Part shown: piece by piece, positions 11,730 to 24,900 of the stretch
How the letters are laid out: the number at the start of each line of letters is the position of its first letter
How positions within the stretch are numbered: position 1 is the stretch's first letter
From: Mobula hypostoma
Taxonomy: Eukaryota
Assembly: GCF_963921235.1 (NCBI RefSeq)
Contig: NC_086108.1
Coordinates: 4,340,001 to 4,404,000, forward strand
Length of the DNA stretch: 64,000 bases
Direction: 5' to 3'
Translations under genes and position numbers: made by a program
The notes under the pieces: generated by a model
Seen by the model: the letters and a program-made list of their open reading frames with translations, nothing else
Databases searched by the model: none
What the model was told of the DNA's origin: nothing

Positions 11730-12580
11730 ACCAGAAACTGGATCAGTTACAGATCTGGGCAGAGGAATGGCAGATGGAGTTTAATCATGATAAGTGTGAG
11801 GTGTTACACCTCGGAAGGACAAATGCAAGGAGACAATACACAGTTAAAGGGAAGATCCTTAACAGTATTGCTGAGCAGAGTGATCTTGGGACCAAGTTCA
11901 TAGCTCCTTGATAGTAGATATATAGGTTGATAGTGTGGTTGAGAAGGCTTATGGAATACTTGCCTTTAATAGTCCAGACACCGAGTTCAAAAGTCAGGAG
12001 GTTATGTCGCAACTTCATAAAAACTCTGGTTAGACCACGTCTGCAGTATTGTTTACTGTTCTGGTTGCCCGACTATAGGAAGGATGTTGAGGCTTTGGAG
12101 AGGGTGCAGGAGAGGTTTACCAGGATGCTGCCTGGTTTACAGGGCATGTGCTATCATGAGAGGCTGGATAAACTTGAGTTGTTTTCTCTGGAGTGCTGGA
12201 GGCTGAGGGGTGATCTGATCGAGGTTTATAAGATTATGAGAGACATGGATCGAGTGGACAGAGAGTATCTGTTTCCCAGGGTAGAAATGTCTAATACCAG
12301 AGGGCATGTATTGAAGATGAGGGAGGTGGGGGTAGGTTCAAGGGGGATGTGAGGGGTAAGTTTTTTACTCAGAGAGTGGTGGATGTCTGGTCTGGTGGTA
12401 GAGACAAATACATTAGAGGCTTTTAAGAGATATTTGGATAGGCACATGGATGCGAGGAAGATGGAGGGATGTGGACATTGTGCGAGTAGGAGGGATTAGT
12501 GTTTGTGTTTTTAAAAAATTACTTTTTAGCCGGTTTGGTACAGCATTGTGGGCCGAAGGGCCTGTTCCTGTTCTACATAG
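11730..12580 (+). mobile_element. CR1 LINE 3' fragment, degenerate
   Basis: Encodes WAEEWQMEFN.DKCEV and [33 protein letters not shown]. Confidence 0.85.
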
Positions 12581-13456
12581 GAGTGGAATTAGGCCATCCT
12601 ACTTATCGAGTCTGCTCCACCATTCCATCATGGCTGATTTACTATCCCTCTCAACCCCCATTCTCCTGCCTTCTCCCTGTAACCTTTGACACCCTCAGTA
12701 ATCAAGACCCTACCAACCTCCACCTTACACCTACCCAATGACCTGCCCTGCACAGATATCTGCAGCAACAAATTCCACAGATTCACCAGACTCTGGGGGA
12801 AGGAATTCCTCCTCATCCCCAGTCTAAAAGGATGCCCCTCTCTTCTGGAGCTCTGTTCTCTGGTCCTAGACTCACCACCATGGGAAACATCCACTCCATC
12901 TAGGCTTTTCAACATTTGGCAGGTTTCCATGAAATTACCCCCCCTCATTTTTCTAAACACCAGTGAGTGAGGGCCCAGATCCATCAAATGCTCCTCTTAT
13001 TTTAACACTTTCATTCCCAGGATCATTCTCAAGAACTTCTTCTGGACCCTTTCCAAGTATATTTAGGTTTGTTTGGAGAATGAACAGGTACAAGGCATCT
13101 GCAACTTCCATTGTTTGTGGGAAGTCAGTAACAATATCCCTCTGGGATAAAGAGGACTTTGAGTCCTGAACATTGACTGGAGGTCACAGTGTCACACAGC
13201 ACAGAAACATGTCCTTCAGCCCAGCTCGCCGATGCCTCCTCACGTTCTCTGCATTATTTATTTAGTTACTTATTTATTTGCACAGCTTGTCTTCTTTCAC
13301 ACATTGGTTATTTGTCAGTCTTTGTTTGGAAAAGTCCTTCCCCATTGAGCACATTTACAAGGACTGCTGTCACAAGAAAACAGCATCCATCATCTAAGAA
13401 CCTCACCATCCAGACCATACTCTCTTCTTGCTGCTGCCATCAGGCAGGAGGTACAG

Positions 13457-15159
13457 GACCCTCAGGTCCCACACCACCAGGTTCAGGAACAGTTATTACC
13501 CCACAACCATCAGACTCCTGAACCACTGTGGATAACTTCACTCACCACAATGAGCCTCAGGTCCCACACCACCAGGTTCAGGAACAGTTATTACCCCACA
13601 ACCATCAGGCTCCTGAACCAGTGTGGATAACTTCACTCACCACAATGAGCCTCAGGTCCCACACCACCAGGTTCAGGAACAGTTATTACCCCACAACCAT
13701 CAGACTCCTGAACCAGTGTGGATAACTTCACTCACCACAATGAGCCTCAGGTCCCACACCACCAGGTTCAGGAACAGTTATTACCCCACAACCATCAGGC
13801 TCCTGAACCAGTGTGGATAACTTCACTCACCACAATGAGCCTCAGGTCCCACACCACCAGGTTCAGGAACAGTTATTACCCCACAACCATCAGACTCCTG
13901 AACCACTGTGGATAACTTCACTCACCACAATGAGCCTCAGGTCCCACACCACCAGGTTCAGGAACAGTTATTACCCCACAACCATCAGGCTCCTGAACCA
14001 GTGTGGATAACTTCACTCACCACAATGAGCCTCAGGTCCCACACCACCAGGTTCAGGAACAGTTATTACCCCACAACCATCAGACTCCTGAACCAGTGTG
14101 GATAACTTCACTCACCACAATGAGCCTCAGGTCCCACACCACCAGGTTCAGGAACAGTTATTACCCCACAACCATCAGGCTCCTGAACCAGTGTGGATAA
14201 CTTCACTCACCACAATGAGCCTCAGGTCCCACACCACCAGGTTCAGGAACAGTTATTACCCCACAACCATCAGGCTCCTGAACCAGTGTGGATAACTTCA
14301 CTCACCACAATGAGCCTCAGGTCCCACACCACCAGGTTCAGGAACAGTTATTACCCCACAACCATCAGGCTCCTGAACCAGTGTGGATAACTTCACTCAC
14401 CACAATGAGCCTCAGGTCCCACACCACCAGGTTCAGGAACAGTTATTACCCCACAACCATCAGACTCCTGAACCACTGTGGATAACTTCACTCACCACAA
14501 TGAGCCTCAGGTCCCACACCACCAGGTTCAGGAACAGTTATTACCCCACAACCATCAGGCTCCTGAACCAGTGTGGATAACTTCACTCACCACAATGAGC
14601 CTCAGGTCCCACACCACCAGGTTCAGGAACAGTTATTACCCCACAACCATCAGGCTCCTGAACCAGTGTGGATAACTTCACTCACCACAATGAGCCTCAG
14701 GTCCCACACCACCAGGTTCAGGAACAGTTATTACCCCACAACCATCAGACTCCTGAACCAGTGTGGATAACTTCACTCACCACAATGAGCCTCAGGTCCC
14801 ACACCACCAGGTTCAGGAACAGTTATTACCCCACAACCATCAGGCTCCTGAACCAGTGTGGATAACTTCACTCACCACAATGAGCCTCAGGTCCCACACC
14901 ACCAGGTTCAGGAACAGTTATTACCCCACAACCATCAGACTCCTGAACCACTGTGGATAACTTCACTCACCACAATGAGCCTCAGGTCCCACACCACCAG
15001 GTTCAGGAACAGTTATTACCCCACAACCATCAGGCTCCTGAACCAGTGTGGATAACTTCACTCACCACAATGAGCCTCAGGTCCCACACCACCAGGTTCA
15101 GGAACAGTTATTATCCCACAACCATCAGGCTCCTGAACCAGTGTGGACATCTTCACTCA
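13457..15159 (+). repeat. 95-bp tandem array (~18 copies) inside a Rex1/Babar 3' fragment
   Basis: Unit GAGCCTCAGGTCCCACACCACCAGGTTCAGGAACAGTTATTACCCCACAACCATCAGGCTCCTGAACCAGTGTGGATAACTTCACTCACCACAAT, which translates as [21 protein letters not shown] (Rex/Babar ORF C-terminus). Confidence 0.97.
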
Positions 15160-15308
15160 TCTCAACTCTGAAATGATTCTACAACTTACGGACTCAGTTT
15201 TAAGGAATCTGCAACTTATGTTCTCAATATTATCTTTGAACTTTGCAACGAGGTGAACCATCCAAGCCAGTAGTGCTTGCTTGTGTTTTGGTCCGTATAT
15301 TCCTAAAC

Positions 15309-15380
15309 CAGACGTCCCCAACTGTTTTTATGCCATAGACCAATACCATTAAGCAAGGGGTCTGAGGTTGGGAACCTCTG
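15309..15380. mobile_element. Short hAT-type MITE remnant
   Basis: Terminal inverted repeats CAGACGTCCCCAAC / GTTGGGAACCTCTG; a related remnant lies at ~52350-52412. Confidence 0.5.
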
Positions 15381-18048
15381 CTCTGAATCTTTCCTGTTCA
15401 ATTGCTGTTGGAAAGCAGTTCAGGCCTACCTCAACCACTGCCTCACAGCTTGTTCCATATGCGGACCACCCTCTGGGTGAAGTAGTCGCCCTGCAGATGC
15501 CTTCTAAATCTCTCCCCTCGCAGCTGACGTTTACTCCATCTGGTTTTGTTTCCATTTTGCTGGAGAAAAAGAATGTGTATTCACCCTGTCCAAGAGTCAC
15601 ACGATTTTATACACCCTCAGATCACCCAGTCTCCAACACTCCAAGGAGTGCCTGCCCAACCTCTCCCTTATAAGACCACAAGGGATATGAGCTACTTAGG
15701 CCATTTCGACCATCGAGTTTGCTCCAGTATTCCATCACAGCAAATTTATTATCCCTCTCAACGCCATTCTCGTCTTCTCCCCCTAACCTATTCAATCTTT
15801 CCTTATAACTCAGGTCCTCCAGTCCCAGCAACAACCTTGTAAATTTTCTCTGTAGTCTGTCAACCTTATTTATATCTTTCCTGCAGGTTGTTGTTCCTTT
15901 CCACACCTTGTGGCACATCAGGTGGAAACTTACCGTTTCCTTTAGCATGTGGATTTTTTTTTACAAGGCCGAGCTGCTACCTCAATGCACAACCCAGCAC
16001 GGATGAGAGTGTATAACACACACAAAATGCTGGAGGAACTCAGCAGGCCAGGCAGCATCTATGGGAAAAAGTAGTCGACGTTTCGGGCCGAGACCCTTCT
16101 GTCCTGGCCTGCCGAGTTCCTCCAGCATTTTGTGTGCGTTGCTTGGATTTCCAGCATCTGCAGATTTTCTCTTTGTGAACAGATGAAAGCATGCAAGGAG
16201 CCGGCCAGATTCGAACCTAGAACCACAACTCGAAGTCTGGTGAGGATGCCACTACACCACTGGCTGGCTAATTCCTGTAGGTAGGTGACCAAACCTGCAC
16301 ACAATACACCAAATTAGGCCTCACCAATATCTTATACAACTTCAACATAACACCTCAAGTCCTGTACTCAATACTTTGATTTCTGAAGGCCAATGTGCCA
16401 AAAGCTTTATTTATGACCCTATCTACCTGTGCTGCCACTTTCAATTAATTATAGACCTGTAATTCCAGATCTCTCTGCTCTACCACATTCCTCAGTGCCC
16501 TACCCCTCACTGTGTAAGACCTGCCCTGGCTAGTCCTACCAAAGTGCAACTCCTTGTGCTCGTCTGCATTAAATTCCTTCTGCCATTTCTCAGCCTATTT
16601 TTCCCAGTTGGTCCAGATCCTTCTGCCACTCTGATAGCCTTCTTCACTGTCCACTAGACCCCTAGACTCCTTATCTTGGGTGTCATTCACAAATTTGCTG
16701 ATCCAGTTTACCACATTATCACCCAGATCATTGATAAGAGATAGAAAACAACAACAGACCCAAAAACAAATTAGACAATAACAGGCAGCGATATCAAATC
16801 TTATTCTGATTCGATGGACGGTGAGATGGTAGAGGGATAAGCACACTCATGCCATTGGGCTGTAGACTAGAAGATCAGCACCTATCAGATTCCCATCTAT
16901 CACCTCCCAGCTTCTTACTTCATCCCCCCTCCCAAACCCACCCACCTATCACCTGCCAACGTGTTCTCCTCCTACTTCCCCCCACCTTCTTATCCAAGCA
17001 TCTTCCTCCTTCCTTTCCAGTCCTGAAGGGTCTCACTTCAAAACATCGACTATTTCTTTCCATAGATATTGCCTGACCTGCTGAGTTCCTCCAGTGCTGT
17101 GTGTGTATTGCTCTGCCTTTCAAAACCCACCAGAGGAAAAGCAGGGAGTGCTGGATTGACCATTTCCCACTCCGCTCTAGACCCTCCATCTCTGTCCAAT
17201 CGGACTACAGGCGACTCCTGGCCCTCTCTTGCATGGGGTGACCCAGAGAGCAGTAACCTCATTTTCCTCCCATTCATTTTCTGGTCTACCCCCTCAGGTA
17301 CAAAAGCTCGGGACCAGGTCCCACCAGGCTCAGACAGTCTCTACCCCATGCTTGAACATACCTCTTGTACAATAAAGATGAATTTTTGATCTCCCAATGA
17401 ATCTCGTTGTGTTTTGTCCACCTGTACTATACCTTCTATTACTGTATCATAATCTTCCACAGGATTGCACCGAAAAAACATGCCAGAGGAACTCAGCAAG
17501 TTAGGCAGTTTCTGTAAGGAAATGAACAGTCAACATCTTGGGTCGAGACCTTTCATCAGGACAATATATTCTGCATTCCTGCTCATAAATCAGTCCTGAT
17601 GAAGGGACTCCGCTCAAAAGACTGGCCGTTTATTTCCCTGACGTGCTGAGTTCCTGTGAGTGTGAGTGATGCTCTGGATTTCCAGCATCTGCAAAATCTC
17701 GTGTTCACTATATTCCGAATCATGGTTTCCCTCAACGGCCTTGTACGTGGGAACGATCTGTCCGCGTGGCCAACGAAAGATTTTCACCGTATCTCAGCAC
17801 GTGACAATAATGAACCAATTTCAGTATAACACCAATAATCCAGCACCTGCAGGACTGGCAGATTTTTATGAATGTTATTTCTAATAAACACCAACACACT
17901 TTGATTTCACAATAAACATGATAGCAGTATAATACATCTTTCAGTGAACCCAGAGTGTTTAAAGAGAGTGGGGAAAAAAGACCCAGAGGGTTCCAGCTTG
18001 TCAAATCCACCAGAAACTTGTAAGCATACTGCCCTGGCTCACAATCCA

Positions 18049-18400
18049 GTTCAGAGTCCAGATCTCTGCCCACCATCCAGATCCGAGATCACAATCTGGA
18101 CCAATTTGCTGGCGCAGGGTCTAAATTCCTGTTTATAATCCAGATCCGGGACTACGGGCCTAGTAACTGGTTCAGAGTCCAGATTCCCCCTCATAATCCA
18201 GATTGGGATCACGATCTGGACCAAGTCGCTGGTGTGGAGTCCGGATCCCTGTTCGCCATCCCGATCTGGGAATCCAGACCAAGTCGCTGGTGCGGAATCT
18301 GGATCCCTGTTCACCATCCCAATCTGGGAATCCAGACCAAGTCCCTGGTGCAGAGCCCGAATCCTGCTCACAGCCCAGATGCCAGACCAAAATCCAGACT
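18049..18400. repeat. Degenerate ~58-62-bp tandem repeats in the presumptive 3'UTR of the ZFYVE1-like gene
   Basis: GATCCCTGTTC.CCATCCC.ATCTGGGAATCCAGACCAAGTC occurs at 18244 and 18302; TTCAGAGTCCAGAT occurs at ~18050 and ~18171. Confidence 0.65.
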
Positions 18401-18712
18401 CTGGCTCCAATCCTTTTCCGCCTGTTTATACAAGAATGCGCCTGCTCATGCTCCAGATTAACGAGCGAGTCCTGTGAAGGGTCTTGGGCCGAAACGTCGA
18501 CTGTTCACTCCCCTCCATGGATGCTGCCTGACCTACTGTGTTCCTCCAGCATTGCGCTAGTGAGCGAAGCACAGGGTATTCCCAACAATCAGACGCCAGG
18601 GTAGCAAAGTATCACCTGCAGGGACCCCGGGATCGCTCCCGAGTCTCATCCTGCGAGGTGGGAGGGGTCACAGGTTCACTCGCGTCCACTCCTACACACC
18701 CCCACCCCGGGT

Positions 18713-18945
18713 TCACAGATCCCCTTTCTTCTGGCTGCAGTCCACGCACACCCGCACAGGATGATCCCAGCCCCGGGAGGGGACGGTCCGCAGGCCGGGG
18801 GAGCAGGGGCCGCAGAAGCCTCGACCGCAGGCCCGGCAGTGGTGACGGGAGGTGGTGCCGGTGAAGGCCTTCCCGCAGCGGTGGCACCCGGCGAGCTGGT
18901 CGTCGGGCACCCAGTAATCCGGCCTGGCCACATCCTTAACCAGCC
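18713..18945 (-). CDS. ZFYVE1: ZFYVE1-like exon 11, FYVE domain 2 and stop
   Basis: Acceptor TTTTGCAG. Encodes [23 protein letters not shown]...[16 protein letters not shown]...[20 protein letters not shown]. Confidence 0.95.
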
Positions 18946-21900
18946 CTGCAAAACAGAAATGCCAATAGGTAGTCACCTGATGTTTGCACAGGGGGGGGGG
19001 GCTCCATGGAGACCCCTTTCACCCTCCCCTATCATAGAAACCATAGAAACTACAGCACAGAAACAGGCCTCTTGGCCCTTCTTGGCTGTGCTGAACCATT
19101 TTCTGCCTAGTCCCACTGACCTGCACACGGACCATATCCCTCCATACACCTCCCATCCATGTATCTGTCCAGTTTATTCTTAAATGTTAAAAAACAACCC
19201 GCATTTACCACCTCGCCTGGCAGCTCATTCCATACTCCCACCACTCTCTGTGTGAAGAAGCCCCCCCTAATGTTCCCTTTAAACTTTTCCCCCCTCACCC
19301 TTAACCCATGTCCTCTGGTTTTTTTCTCCCCTTGCCTCAGTGGAAAAAGCCTGCTTGCATTCACTCTATCTATACCCATCATAATTTTATATACCTCTAT
19401 CAAATCTCCCCTCATTCTTCTACGCTCCAGGGAATAAAGTCCTAACCTATTCAACCTTTCTCTGTAACTGAGTTTCTCAAGTCCCGGCAACATCCTTGTA
19501 AACCTTCTCTGCACTCTTTCAACCTTATTTATATCCTTCCTGTAATTTGGTGACCAAAACTGAACACAATACTCCAGATTCGGCCTCACCAATGCCTTAT
19601 ACAACCTCATCATAACATTCCAGCTCTTATACTCAATACTTTGATTAATAAAGGTCAATGTACCAAAAGCTCTCTTTACAACCCCATCTACTTGTGACAC
19701 CACTTTTAGGGAATTTTGTATCTGTATTCCCAGATCCCTCTGTTCTACTGCACTCCTCAGTGCCTTACCATTAACCCTATATGTTCTACCTTGGTTTGTC
19801 CTTCCAACGTGCAATACCTCACACTTGTCTGTATTAATCTCCATCTGCCATTTTTCAGCCCATTTTTCCAGCTGGTACAAGTCCCTCTGCAGGCTCTGAA
19901 AACCTTCCTCACTGTCTACTACACCTCCAATCTTTGTATCATCAGCAAATTTGCTGATCCAATTTACCACATTATCATCCAGATCATTGATATAGATGAC
20001 AAATAACAATGGACCCAGCACTGATCCCTGTGGCACACCACTAGTCACAGGCCTCCACTCAGAGAAGCAATTCTCTACCACCACTCTCTGGCTTCTTCCA
20101 TCGAGCCAATGTCTAATCCAATTTACCACCTCTCCATGTATACCTAGCGACTGAATTTTCCTAACTAACCTCCCATGCGGGACCTTGTCAAAGGCCTTAC
20201 TGAAATCCACGTAGACAATATCCACTGCCTTCCCTTCATCCACTTTCCTGGTAACCTCCTCAAAAAACTCCAACAGATTGGTCAAACATGACCTACCACG
20301 CACAAAGCCATGTTGACTCTCCCTAATAAGTCCCTGTCTATCCAAATGCTTGTAGATTCTGTCTCTTAGTACTCCCTCCAATAACTTACCTACCACTGAC
20401 GTTAAACTTACCGGCCTATAATTTCCCAGATTACTTTTCGATCCTTTTTTAAACAACGGAACAACATGAGCCACTCTCCAATCCTCCGGCACTTCACCCG
20501 TAGACAGCGACATTTTAAATATTTCTGCCAGGGCCCCCGCAATTTCAACACTAGTCTCCTTCAAGGTCCAAGGGAACACTCTGTCAGGTCCCGGGGATTT
20601 ATCCACTTTAATTTTCCTCAAGACAGCAAGCACCTCCTCCTTTTCAATCTGTACAGTTTCCATGATCTCACTACTTGATTCCCTCAATTCCATAGACTTC
20701 ATGCCAGTTTCCTTAGTAAATACAGACGCAAAAAACCTATTTAAGATCTCCCCCATTTCCTTTAGTTCCGCACATAGCCGACCACTCTGATCTTCAAGAG
20801 GACCAATTTTATCCCTTACAATCCTTTTGCTCGTAATATACCTGTAAAAGCTCTTTGGATTATCCTTCACTTCGACTGCCAAGGCAACCTCATGTCTTCT
20901 TTTAGCCCTCCTGATTTCTTTCTTAAGTATTTTCTTGCACTTCTTATACTCCTCAAAGACCTGATTTACCCCCTGTTTCCTATACATTTCATACAACTCC
21001 CTCTTCTTCTTTATCAGAGTTGCAATATCGCTTGAGAACCAAGGTTCCTTATTCCTATTCAATTTGCCTTTAATCCAGACAGGAACATACAAACTCTGCA
21101 CTCTTAAAATTTCACCTTTGAAGGCTTCCCACCTACCAATCACATCTTTGCCAGAGAACAACCTGTCCCAATCCACGCTTTTTAGATCCTTTCTCATTTC
21201 TTCAAATTTGGCCTTCTTCCAGTTCAGAACCTCAACCCTAGGACCAGATCTATCCTTGTCCATGATCAAATTGAAACTAATGGTGTTATGATCACTGGAA
21301 CCAAAGTGCTCCCCTACACAGACTTCTGCCACTTGTCCTAACTCATTTCCTAACAGGAGATCCAATATTGCATCCCCTCTAGTTGGTCCCTCTATATATA
21401 TATTTAGAAAACTTTCCTGAACACATTTTACAAACTCTAAACCATTTAGACCCCTAACAGTATGGGAGTCCCAATCAATGTATGGAAAATTAAAATCCCC
21501 TACCACCACAACTTTATGTTTCCTGCAGTTGCCTGCTATCTCTCTGTAGATTTGCTCTTCCAATTCTCCTTGACTATTGGGTTTGCCCGCTAGAAGGATA
21601 CCTACCAACAGAAGGCATTGGCAGATCCTGCCCTAGGCATGAAAAGTTCAGAGACCACACAAAGGATAGTGAAAATTCACTGGTATCTCTCATCCCCACG
21701 ATTTGTGACATTTACTGGGAGTGTAAACTCCTGGATGTTAATATTTCAGAGGGCATGTCCTGGGCCCGGCAGGAAAGTGTGACTGCAAAAAAATCACGGC
21801 AGTGCCTCTACTTCCCTTGGAGTCTGCAGAGATTTGGCTGACATCTGAAACTTTGACAAACTTCTGTACATGTGTAGTGGAGAGTGTACTGACTGAGTGT

Positions 21901-24900
21901 ATGGAGACACCAATGCCCTTGTATAGAAAAGCTACAAAAAGTAGTGGATACAGCCCAGTCCATCACGGGTAAAGCCCTCCCCACCATTGATTACATCGAC
22001 ACTGTTGTTGGAAAGTAGCATCCATCATCAGTAACCCCCCACCACCCAAGACATGCTCTCTTTTAGCTACTGCCATTAGGTAGAAGGTACAGGGGCCTCA
22101 GGTCCCACACCACCAGGTTCAGGAACAGTTATTACCCTACAACCATCAGGCGCCTGAACCAGTGTGGATAACTTCACTCACCACAATGAGCCTCAGGTCC
22201 CACACCACCAGGTTCAGGAACAGTTATTACCCCACAACCATCAGGCTCCTGAACCAGTGTGGATAACTTCACTCACCACAATGAGCCTCAGGTCCCACAC
22301 CACCAGGTTCAGGAACAGTTATTACCCCACAACCATCAGGCTCCTGAACCAGTGTGGATAACTTCACTCACCACAATGAGCCTCAGGTCCCACACCAGCA
22401 GGTTCAGGGACAGTTATTACCCCACGACCATCAGGCTCCTGAACCAGTGTGGATAACTTCACTCACCACAATGAGCCTCAGGTCCCACACCACCAGGTTC
22501 AGGAACAGTTATTACCCCACGACCATCAGGCTCCTGAACCAGTGTGAATAACTTCACTCACCACAATGAGCCTCAGGTCCCACACCACCAGGTTCAGGAA
22601 CAGTTATTACCCCTCAACCATCAGGCTGTTGAACCCAGGGGATAACTTCACTCACCCCATCATTGAAATGTTCCCACATCCTATGGGCTCACTTTCAAGG
22701 ACTCTTCATCTCATGTTCTCGATATTTATTGTTTATTTATTGATTATTATTATTTGTTTATTTTTGTATTTGCACAGTTGTCTTCTGCACACTGATTGAA
22801 CACCCAAATTGGTGCGGTCTCTCATTGGTCCTTTTATAGTTAATATTCTATAGATTTGCTGAGTATGCCCTAAAGAAAATTAATCTCCAGGTTGTATATG
22901 CTGACATATATGTACTCTGATAATAAATCTCCAGGTTGTATATGCTGACATGTATGTACTCTGATATGAACTTTGTCTTCAGAATCAGGTTCATTATCAC
23001 TGACACGTCATGAAATTTGTTGTTTAACGGCAGCAGTTCAGTGCAAGGGGTGTACGAGGTGTCCAGGGAGGGGCAGCACCTCTAGTTAAACGGCTTGTCA
23101 TGTCCATCCCAGGGTAGCTCACTCACCCTTTGGCCCCCACTGGACACTCTGCTCTCACCTGTGGCTCCAAGTAACTGACCTCATGTGGCAGCAGCCACAC
23201 CCCAGTACACCACTTCAACAGGCTGGCTAAAGCAGGCAAGGGTAGCCAGCAGCCTCATACCCTGGTGAGAGAGACAGGCCTGTCCTAGTTTGCAAAGTCA
23301 GCTCCAGCAGATCTACAGTGAGATCCAACACCCAGGAAGGTGATACTGTAACGCTCGCTGGAGAATGAAGGGCATGACAAGGCACAGACGGTCATCCACT
23401 GCAACCAAGGAAGACCCCAGTCTGTGACGCTTGTTCATACCACTGGACCCCGACTTCTGAGATAAAGAAAGCAGAAATGCCCCAGTGCAACATCTTTTCT
23501 ACTTTAAAAACTCTCCTGCACTGGTCTCCTGTCATTGTCAGACAAAACGGACACCCACCAACCAGTGCAAAACATAAAAAGTCTCTGAGAATCAGAACCT
23601 GGTTTAGGATCACTGACGTAAATCTTGAAATTTAGAACATGGAGCACAGAAAATCACAGCACATCTACTCAAGAAAGCAACATCCGTGATGAAGGACCCC
23701 CACCACCCAGACCATGTTCACTTCTCACTGCTGCCATCGGGCAGGAGGTACAGAAGCCTCAGGTCCCACACCACCAGGTTCAGGAACAGTTATTACCCCA
23801 CAACCATCAGACTCCGGAACCAGTGTGGATAACTTCACTCACCACAATGAGCCTCAGGTCCCACACCACCAGGTTCAGGAACAGTTATTACCCCACAACC
23901 ATCAGGCTCCTGAACCAGTGTGGATAACTTCACTCACCACAATGAGCCTCAGGTCCCACACCACCAGGTTCAGGAACAGTTATTACCCCACAACCATCAG
24001 GCTCCTGAACCAGTGTGGAAAACTTCACTCACCACAATGAGCCTCAGGTCCCACACCACCAGGTTCAGGAACAGTTATTACCCCACAACCATCAGGCTCC
24101 TGAACCAGTGTGGATAACTTCACTCACCACAATGAGCCTCAGGTCCCACACCACCAGGTTCAGGAACAGTTATTACCCCTCAACCATCAGGCTCCTGAAC
24201 CAGTGTGGATAACTTCACTCACCACAATGAGCCTCAGGTCCCACACCACCAGGTTCAGGAACAGTTATTACCCCTCAACCATCAGGCTCCTGAACCAGTG
24301 TGGAAAACTTCACTCACCACAATGAGCCTCAGGTCCCACACCACCAGGTTCAGGAACAGTTATTACCCCTCAACCATCAGGCTCCTGAACCAGTGTGGAT
24401 AACTTCACTCACCACAATGAGCCTCAGGTCCCACACCACCAGGTTCAGGAACAGTTATTACCCCACAACCATCAGGCTCCTGAACCAGTGTGGATAACTT
24501 CACTCACCACAATGAGCCTCAGGTCCCACACCACCAGGTTCAGGAACAGTTATTACCCCACAACCATCAGGCTCCTGAACCAGTGTGGATAACTTCACTC
24601 ACCACAATGAGCCTCAGGTCCCACACCACCAGGTTCAGGAACAGTTATTACCCCACAACCATCAGGCTCCTGAACCAGGGTGGATAACTTCACTCACCAC
24701 AATGAGCCTCAGGTCCCACACCACCAGGTTCAGGAACAGTTATTACCCCACAACCATCAGGCTCCTGAACCAGTGTGGATAACTTCACTGAACTTCATTT
24801 GCCCCATCATTGAAATGTTCCCACAACCAAAGGACTCACTTTCAAGGACTCTTCATCACATGTGCTCAATATTTATTGCATATTTATTATGATTATTTAT

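Noticed and set aside
13457..15159. CRISPR-like appearance of the regular repeat with an internal hairpin
   Set aside because: Units are contiguous with no unique spacers, there are no cas genes, and the sequence derives from a LINE 3' end in a eukaryotic genome.
13528..15171. Series of 65-aa ORFs ([11 protein letters not shown]..)
   Set aside because: Artefact of translating a 95-bp tandem repeat; the starts are GTG and the frame shifts with each unit.
17600..18712. Polyadenylation site of the ZFYVE1-like gene
   Set aside because: I found no convincing AATAAA outside repeats on the minus strand, so the 3' end cannot be placed.
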